Below are positions 56,564 through 62,653 of a stretch of 64,000 nucleotides of DNA, piece by piece. The notes under the pieces are model-generated. The model had not been told where the DNA came from. It did not search any database and was given only the letters and a program-made list of their open reading frames with translations. Made by a program: the position numbers and the translations under genes. This DNA is from Bacteroidota bacterium. GTDB taxonomy: Bacteria; Bacteroidota; Bacteroidia; Bacteroidales; GCA-2711565. Numbering within the stretch: the first letter of the stretch is position 1; each line of letters starts with the position of its first letter. Location of the stretch: NCBI GenBank assembly GCA_018816945.1, contig JAHIVC010000030.1:13053-77052 (forward strand). Reading direction: 5' to 3'.

Positions 56564-56746
56564 GTGACTAGTTAAATGGTGACGGGTGAATTGGTGACGG
56601 GTGACAGGTGACGGGTGACAGGTGAATTGGTGACGGGTGAATTGGTGACGGGTGACAGGTGACGGGTGACAGGTGACGGGTGACGGGTGACGCGTCACTT
56701 GTCACTTTTCAGTCACTTGTCACTTTCTTTGTCACTTTTTAGTCAC
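56564..56746. repeat. third GTGAC-word array (16 words) followed by six GTCAC words
   Basis: Array at 56579-56691; junction palindrome GTGACGCGTCAC at 56687-56698; GTCAC at 56694, 56701, 56712, 56719, 56731 and 56742. Ends 3 nt before the wza-like stop codon. Confidence 0.95.
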
Positions 56747-56749
56747 TGA

Positions 56750-59443
56750 TTACAGTTGTTTAGCTAACACAAAAATAGTCAGAGCAGTAGTTACAGCGGT
56801 CAAAGTGGTTCCCCAAACCTCACTCCACTTTGTTTTTTCTCTGGTGCTTTCTCTTTTTTCTTTGGGCGGTTTCATTTTAAGACTTATTAATGATCCTGTT
56901 TCTACTTCGGGATAGTTCCTGAAAAGTAATAGTGATTTTTTTGTGCTTTTTACCCGGCCATTTTTTAAGGAAACGGTGACACTTTTTTTATCTGCCCGGT
57001 CGACAAATCCACCTGCATAATTATTAATATACCAGCGTGCCGATTTTTCACCCTGAAACACAAGGTTAAAGGATACTGCTGCCTCATTGAATGTATTATC
57101 TGCCAACCTGGTACCGATAGGTCTTATGGATACGGTATTTTCTCTCCTTTCAATATTGATCACATCCCCTTCAAATAAAATCGGATCCTGCTTAAGATTT
57201 CCATGATAGATGAGTGCCTTTTCAATATCCATAATGATATTTCCCCGATTGTTGTAGGTTCTGAAAAGTCTGCTTCCTCTTGCATCAGCTGCTCCCAGCA
57301 ATCCTCCGGCACGATTAATTAATTCACTCATTTGAACCTGCTCAGATTCGAGTACATATAAACCGGGATAGTTTACTTCACCGGCAATTTCAACCGTTCT
57401 GCCCAATGTGAATGCAGGGGTTAGCCTTACAACTACCTGATCATATGGTTGCAGGTTAAAGTTAGCCGGTTTGATGACCTGGTAATTGTTATCGATCTCA
57501 AGGGTGATTAACTCCAGCCGGGTTTGCTCAGTTGGAGAAAGTATAGCGCGGAAAACTTCAATGCGATTTAAAGCTGCTCCAATATTAAATCCTCCGGCAG
57601 CGGTTATCATATCAGAAATAGTAAGACTGGGATCAAATGTAAATTCTTGCGGCTGTTTTACAGCTCCAAATATTCGAACTTCTCCAATATTGGAATAGAT
57701 ACTATTATCATACACATTTAATCGATCTCCGGGTTTCAAAACTAAATTGTCTGAATCTTCCAATCGGATTCGAATATATTCAGTTCTTCCCGGATTGAAT
57801 AAATCTTGCCTGAAAATATATGCGACCGGATATGCGCTTGTTTTAAGACCGCCTGCAAGTTCAATTGCCTGCTTAACTGTTAATCGATAGTTTAAAGCAA
57901 AAGTTTGCTCATATGGAGCTCTCACATGGCCATTAACCGAAATAGTTGCCACATCTCTGTATGTTGATTGGTTTGGAACCCGGATGCGGTCACGAGCCAT
58001 TAATGTAAAATCCTTCCCGGAACCCTTCATGTCTTCCCAAGGGATTGTTAATACTTCAACCGTTTCATCTGTCTGTATCCGTTCTATAAGAATCAGATCG
58101 GTTTTAGCATTACTGTTTGGTTGAGCGTTAGCCAGCAGTTTAGCCAAAGAAGGATTGGCCAGAAAATCATAGTTACCGGGATAAAATACACTACCTGATA
58201 TTTCAACATATTGTTCAATTGGTTTCTGGATTGATTTAATGCGAATAATATCACCATTCACTAGTGGAACATTTAATTTACCATTTAAAACTTCGTTGAG
58301 ATTATATTCCTGCAATCTGATCTCCCCATTTATATATCGCTGAATTTGAACAAAATCAGGATAGGCATCTACATTTAAACCTCCGGCATACTGAATCAGA
58401 TCATTCAGGTTTTCCTTTGCAAGTAATTCATATCGCATAGCCCTTTTAACCGCACCTTCAATGCTAACCAAATTTTGAACAACAGGTACAAAAATGATAT
58501 CATTTTGCTGCAAATCAAATTTGTATTGCATGGTCGGATCTTTCATAAAAGCATATAAATCGATTATAGTTCGATTATTGCCACGGATGTGTTGAATGGT
58601 ACGCACACTCCCGATTTCTGTTGGTCCACCGGCAGCACTTAATGCATTTATTGCAGAGTTTAGGGCAGAAAGGGTAAATCCACCGGTTATTTTTGATTCT
58701 CCAAAAATATTAACCATAATGGTTCTTGCAGTGGAGATTGTCAACGCAAATTGATCAGATCGAAAGGTATAAGCCTTTGCTAATCTTTCAAACATTAATT
58801 CTTTGGCCTGTTTCAAGGATAAGCCCTGCAGGAAAATCTTGGGCATTCCTGATGGCTGTATATAACCATCATCATTAATTTCAAGTTGTAAATCAGTTTG
58901 AGAAGATCCAAAAATACTAATCCGGATTTTATCTCCTGCCCCCAGAATATAGGTGTCAGGAGCAGTTGCACCATCCGTAGTTCTAAAAATATCCAAGCTT
59001 TGATCGGTAAACAAGGAGTGACCATAAATTTTAACAGGGGCTTTCTCTTCGTTTGCAGCAGCCTGAACTACTCTTTGTGCAGCTTCAGCGGTGGCTTCCT
59101 GCACTGTAGTTTCCGGTTCAGTTATTACCGGTTCAACAATTACTGTTGGGGTTTTTACTGTTGTCTTTTTCTCTGCTTCCATTGCATCCAATATGGCAGT
59201 TACTCTTGCCTGATATTGTGGAAGTTCCGCAGGAGGAATATTTTCAAGATCAATACCTTCCTGAAGCAATCGTGTGCGAACCTCTGCTTCTGTAAGTCCT
59301 CGGCGTTGCAATTCAGCATTTACCTGTGCCATTATTACAGGAGGCGGATTTTGAGCATAACTTATTTGAGCACTTGACAATAGAAAAAAAGCAGATAATA
59401 AAAGTCCTAAAAGTGAAGACTTTGTTTTTGTGAATGACTTCAT
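56750..59443 (-). CDS. Wza-like outer-membrane polysaccharide export protein with multiple SLBB domains
   Basis: Signal peptide (LLGLLLSAFFLLSSAQISYA); Poly_export motif YILGAGDKIRISIFG...DDGYIQPSGMPKIFLQGLSLKQAKE; repeated SLBB-like segments; C-terminal TM. Confidence 0.85.
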   Translation of the reverse strand: MKSFTKTKSSLLGLLLSAFFLLSSAQISYAQNPPPVIMAQVNAELQRRGLTEAEVRTRLLQEGIDLENIPPAELPQYQARVTAILDAMEAEKKTTVKTPTVIVEPVITEPETTVQEATAEAAQRVVQAAANEEKAPVKIYGHSLFTDQSLDIFRTTDGATAPDTYILGAGDKIRISIFGSSQTDLQLEINDDGYIQPSGMPKIFLQGLSLKQAKELMFERLAKAYTFRSDQFALTISTARTIMVNIFGESKITGGFTLSALNSAINALSAAGGPTEIGSVRTIQHIRGNNRTIIDLYAFMKDPTMQYKFDLQQNDIIFVPVVQNLVSIEGAVKRAMRYELLAKENLNDLIQYAGGLNVDAYPDFVQIQRYINGEIRLQEYNLNEVLNGKLNVPLVNGDIIRIKSIQKPIEQYVEISGSVFYPGNYDFLANPSLAKLLANAQPNSNAKTDLILIERIQTDETVEVLTIPWEDMKGSGKDFTLMARDRIRVPNQSTYRDVATISVNGHVRAPYEQTFALNYRLTVKQAIELAGGLKTSAYPVAYIFRQDLFNPGRTEYIRIRLEDSDNLVLKPGDRLNVYDNSIYSNIGEVRIFGAVKQPQEFTFDPSLTISDMITAAGGFNIGAALNRIEVFRAILSPTEQTRLELITLEIDNNYQVIKPANFNLQPYDQVVVRLTPAFTLGRTVEIAGEVNYPGLYVLESEQVQMSELINRAGGLLGAADARGSRLFRTYNNRGNIIMDIEKALIYHGNLKQDPILFEGDVINIERRENTVSIRPIGTRLADNTFNEAAVSFNLVFQGEKSARWYINNYAGGFVDRADKKSVTVSLKNGRVKSTKKSLLLFRNYPEVETGSLISLKMKPPKEKRESTREKTKWSEVWGTTLTAVTTALTIFVLAKQL

Positions 59444-59650
59444 CTGTATAATTGTTTAATTAATTATAAAATATCAATTCCTAGGTAATAATTCTTATAG
59501 ATTAGCTTTATCTGTAAATCTTTATGGTCAGCTATAAATTGGAAACTTATTTTGGTACAAATAATTTGAATATTCTTTTGATGGCTAAAATGAAAGATAC
59601 AGCTTTGCTACGTATATTTTTGAAACCCATTATTTGATACCGGAACATAA

Positions 59651-60169
59651 TTACACGGGTAATTTAGATTTCTTTGTTACTGATGCTGCATGTTCAAGAA
59701 TCAATGAATAACCTATATCCTTAATCCGGATGATAATTTTGTTTTTGCCATTATTGTCTTTTACGACTTCTCCTTCATATCCCTTTAAAGGCCCTGATTC
59801 TATTATTATCATCTCACCTTTCAAAAACCTTTCGCCGCTGTAATAATGAGGTGCCTTAAATTCTACCATTTTTTTCATGGCGTCGATCTGCCATTCAGGA
59901 ATCGCGACTGCTTTACCTTCAAATGTTACATAACGCACAGCACCAGTTATGTTAACGATGTCATAATACTCTTTTTCACTGATATTCACAAACACATAGG
60001 ATCGAATCATTGGGACTTCTACTTTTTTCTTTCGATCACTCCATTGCTTTATCTTTGTTTCAAGTGGTAAATAAGCATTAAACCCTCTTTTAATAATTTC
60101 GGCATAAACTTTCTTTTCCTGCATTGATTTGGTATAAAGAGCGTACCAGTGATAGGAAAGTTGTTTCAT
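59651..60169 (-). CDS. UpxY-family (NusG-like) transcription antiterminator
   Basis: WYALYTKSMQEKKVYAEI (NGN domain) and KOW-like GEMIIIESGPLKGYEGEVV. Start set at ATG 60169 (MKQLSYHWY); the track start 60256 is a TTG. Confidence 0.85.
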   Translation of the reverse strand: MKQLSYHWYALYTKSMQEKKVYAEIIKRGFNAYLPLETKIKQWSDRKKKVEVPMIRSYVFVNISEKEYYDIVNITGAVRYVTFEGKAVAIPEWQIDAMKKMVEFKAPHYYSGERFLKGEMIIIESGPLKGYEGEVVKDNNGKNKIIIRIKDIGYSLILEHAASVTKKSKLPV

Positions 60170-60459
60170 GGGAAAAGAGTTTTTTTCTTCATCGTTATGT
60201 GACTTAGCAATTGATGGTAAAGAAGAATTGGAATTGCTGCTCAACGGTCGATTCAATATTTTTGTGTTTACTTGTATTTTATTTTTTTATAATCAATGTA
60301 ATGTGTTGTGGAATAAAGTTTTAGAGATCAATTAAAATACATGATCAATTGTAATATTAATATCTGAATGTCATAGCTTCGCCCCTATAGTCACATTTTA
60401 AAAAATCTCAATTCTCCTTCAAATACTGTATTTCAGCCCCTAATTTAGCATTTTAATCT

Positions 60460-60996
60460 TTACACTTCTTCCCATAAAAGCAGCGGTGCAATTTTATTAT
60501 TCTGTTCTTTATAAATTTCAAATTCTTCTTTGGTGTAGATTAAGTACCGGATTCTACGTTCAATATTTTTTTCAACTTTCTCAATCAATTCAATTAAGAA
60601 CGGCTGATTGATATCTTTTCCAATAAAAAGTAAATCAATACAATTGTTATCTATTCCATTAGCAAAGTCTCCAACAATAAAAACATAATTCACTTTACCG
60701 AGCTTTTCTATAACTTTATCTATAATTTGGTCGAAACCAATATGATACATGATAAGGTTATTAATTGGTTTAAATAGTGGATGTTGAGTATTGGCCTTAA
60801 ATATTTTTTTATTTCCTGAAAACTCTGATTTAAGTAATCCGGCATTTTCAAACCTAACCAGTTCTACCCGGATTGCATTCGTAGATTCGTTAAATTCTGC
60901 TTCAAGATTTCGCAAATACGCACTAGCGTTACCATTCAGGAAGAATTTTAACAATATCTTTATACGTGTTTTTGAGGTAATTAGCGTATCTAACAT
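60460..60996 (-). CDS. winged-helix (ArsR-like) transcriptional regulator with C-terminal nucleotidyltransferase-like domain
   Basis: SKTRIKILLKFFLNGNASAYLRNLEAEFNESTNAIRVELVRFENAGLL. Start at ATG 60996; the track start (TTG 61023) lies inside the predicted -7 box. Confidence 0.6.
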   Translation of the reverse strand: MLDTLITSKTRIKILLKFFLNGNASAYLRNLEAEFNESTNAIRVELVRFENAGLLKSEFSGNKKIFKANTQHPLFKPINNLIMYHIGFDQIIDKVIEKLGKVNYVFIVGDFANGIDNNCIDLLFIGKDINQPFLIELIEKVEKNIERRIRYLIYTKEEFEIYKEQNNKIAPLLLWEEV

Positions 60997-61020
60997 GATA
61001 TGTAGTGGTAGATTGAGTAA

Positions 61021-61051
61021 CAAACTTACTCAATAATTATTGAAAATCAAA
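61021..61051 (-). promoter_or_regulatory. Bacteroidota-type promoter (-33 TTTG / -7 TAnnTTTG)
   Basis: On the minus strand: TTTG (61051-61048), a 19-nt spacer, then TAAGTTTG (61028-61021), about 25 nt upstream of ATG 60996. Matches the published Bacteroides consensus spacing (19-21). Confidence 0.45.
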
Positions 61052-61136
61052 AGAAATTTAGGATTTTAAAAAAGCGCCTTTTAAGGAATAATTATTCATC
61101 TGTTATTATTTATTTAGTTTGAAAAGCTCCTATAAG

Positions 61137-61186
61137 CAGGGATGGCGTCCCGAACTCGCCAAGAGCGAGTCGGGACGCCATCCCTG
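61137..61186. repeat. 50-bp GC-rich near-perfect palindrome (copy 1)
   Basis: CAGGGATGGCGTCCCGAACTCGC-CAAG-AGCGAGTCGGGACGCCATCCCTG; ~22-bp stem with one bulge. Confidence 0.9.
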
Positions 61187-61344
61187 TGATGCTTAATTGC
61201 CTTTAATTGCTGGAGTTCGTTAATTATTTCCCTACATGGGGATTAAATTGATTACCTTTATGAAAAGCACATCTTATTTTCTTTCCTAAAAAGCTTGTTT
61301 ATTTGAAGATGTATCTACGGGATTGATATTAATACTAATCACCA

Positions 61345-61578
61345 ATGACAACTAGACAACAAATGGAAAAACATGTTTGCGGAGTAAATAAATTCCTGAA
61401 AGCTAAAGTAAAAAACATGACAACAGTAGAATTGCTATACAACATGCACCCGTCTGATAGAGCAGACTTTTTAAGGGATAAAGAATTAGTAAAGCAAATT
61501 CCTGCAGATATACTACTTAAATTGAACTTTGAGTTAAACAAATTTTACGCTGAAAAACAAAAGCAAAAACAACCTTAA
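61345..61578 (+). CDS. hypothetical small protein (77 aa)
   Basis: ATG ORF with its own downstream intrinsic terminator; Lys/Gln-rich C-terminus. No family recognised. Confidence 0.45.
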   Translation: MTTRQQMEKHVCGVNKFLKAKVKNMTTVELLYNMHPSDRADFLRDKELVKQIPADILLKLNFELNKFYAEKQKQKQP

Positions 61579-61592
61579 TTAAAAACCCTGCT

Positions 61593-61628
61593 AAGCGGTT
61601 CCGAAGCTTCGGGACCGCTTTATTGTTC
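61593..61628 (+). terminator. intrinsic terminator of the small ORF
   Basis: AAGCGGTTCCG-AAGCTT-CGGGACCGCTT stem (one G:U pair) followed by TATTGTT. Confidence 0.6.
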
Positions 61629-61677
61629 ATGATTTTGCAAATTTAATTTTTTACATTATTTATTGAATTACAAATAA

Positions 61678-61727
61678 CAGGGATGGCGTCCCGACTCGCT
61701 CTTGGCGAGTTCGGGAAGCCATCCCTG
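61678..61727. repeat. 50-bp palindrome (copy 2, inverted relative to copy 1)
   Basis: Equals the reverse complement of 61137-61186 with one substitution (A at 61717). Confidence 0.9.
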
Positions 61728-61801
61728 TTATCTACAGAAGCTCGAAGAAGCCTTGAAGAAGAGAGTGAAACACTACTTCGCCAAGGCTCCGTAGAGCGAA
61801 G

Positions 61802-61815
61802 GTGGAGCTGCAGGG
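61802..61815. repeat. 14-nt direct duplicate of the tmRNA 3' end
   Basis: GTGGAGCTGCAGGG at 61802-61815 is identical to 61910-61923 (acceptor 3' strand plus part of the T-stem of ssrA). Confidence 0.8.
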
Positions 61816-61869
61816 TTTTCCCGTTTCTCAGAGTTCACGGGATAAACTTCTCATCCCTGTTTTTCTACG

Positions 61870-61893
61870 AAAAAAAGCCGACCTTCGGTCAGC
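61870..61893 (-). terminator. intrinsic terminator downstream of ssrA
   Basis: Minus strand: GCTGACC-GAA-GGTCGGC followed by TTTTTTT (A-run 61870-61876 on the plus strand), 18 nt after the tmRNA 3' end. Confidence 0.65.
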
Positions 61894-61910
61894 TTTTCAT
61901 CTCCACTGCG

Positions 61911-62275
61911 TGGAGCTGCAGGGATTCGAACCCTGGTCCAAACAAGCAGTCAAAACGCTTTCTACATGCTTATCCTTTAGTTGATTGTCGGGAAATAACC
62001 GATGAAAGGCACACCTATTATAACCTTAGTCTTTATATTTCGCCCGTGCACCAAGACCTTGCAAAAGCTAGCTCAACATTTATGATGCTTCGGTCGGGAC
62101 ACCGTTAAGCGAGGTTTCCCGGGAAGCAGTAAGCGGCTTAATCTCTAGACTAAGCGGCTATCGCGTAATTATTGTCGCCAGTTAATGGCTGTGAGAATTA
62201 GGATTAACGAGGCATATTCACAACCCTCGGCATGCTTACATCTCCACTTCCTTGCTGTCAAAACCGGTCAGCCCC
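61911..62275 (-). ncRNA. ssrA: tmRNA (transfer-messenger RNA)
   Basis: 5' GGGGCTGACCGGTTTTGACAGC; 3' GGTTCGAATCCCTGCAGCTCCA (T-arm plus acceptor, G3:U70 pair; CCA not encoded). Tag frame 62179-62150: GGC GAC AAT AAT TAC GCG ATA GCC GCT TAG = GDNNYAIAA*. A -7-like TAAATTTG box sits at 62339-62332. Confidence 0.9.
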
Positions 62276-62653
62276 GGGTAATATTGATGTTAAATGTAGA
62301 AATGATATTTGGGAACCCCATATATCAGCGGCAAATTTACTAAAATTAATGCAGTATATAAAATAATTATTGATTAAGCCCTTTACGGAGTAAGGCATCA
62401 TTTAAAATTTCACTGTTAAGATTTTTTGAATTCAGATTTATAATTTGCATCCTGATATGAAGAAAAAATATTAGTCATTGAGTCTGAATTACTTTATAAA
62501 TCAAGAATTGTTATCAGAAATTTAATTTTATTAAGTTGATTAGAACAATATGCTTATGTTAAAAAATATTTTATATTTACCCTAGGTTTCGATTAATTAA
62601 AACCCAATTTTTTTTGATCCAGGCATCTTATTGTGAACCTAATTATCCTTCTA

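Noticed and set aside
55936-56746. CRISPR array (many short direct repeats)
   Set aside because: The period is only 7-8 nt with no unique spacers, the repeats are simple GTGAC words, and no cas genes occur in the window.
58898-59377. 159-aa plus-strand ORF, together with the many other 60-150-aa ORFs antisense to the long minus-strand genes (e.g. 3008..3322, 3786..4244, 5826..6185, 14231..14638, 17354..17737, 30523..30870)
   Set aside because: All lie entirely within well-supported minus-strand genes, show low-complexity composition and no motifs. They are typical shadow ORFs.
60170-60459. Invertible (phase-variable) promoter upstream of upxY, as in Bacteroides capsule loci
   Set aside because: I found no convincing flanking inverted repeats and no nearby recombinase. 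Only a short direct repeat (GATCAATT x2) is visible.
61683-62108. Plus-strand ORFs 61683..62108 and 61802..61984
   Set aside because: They lie across the palindrome, the ssrA terminator and the tmRNA gene itself. The tmRNA call is supported by acceptor/T-arm sequences and a canonical tag frame.
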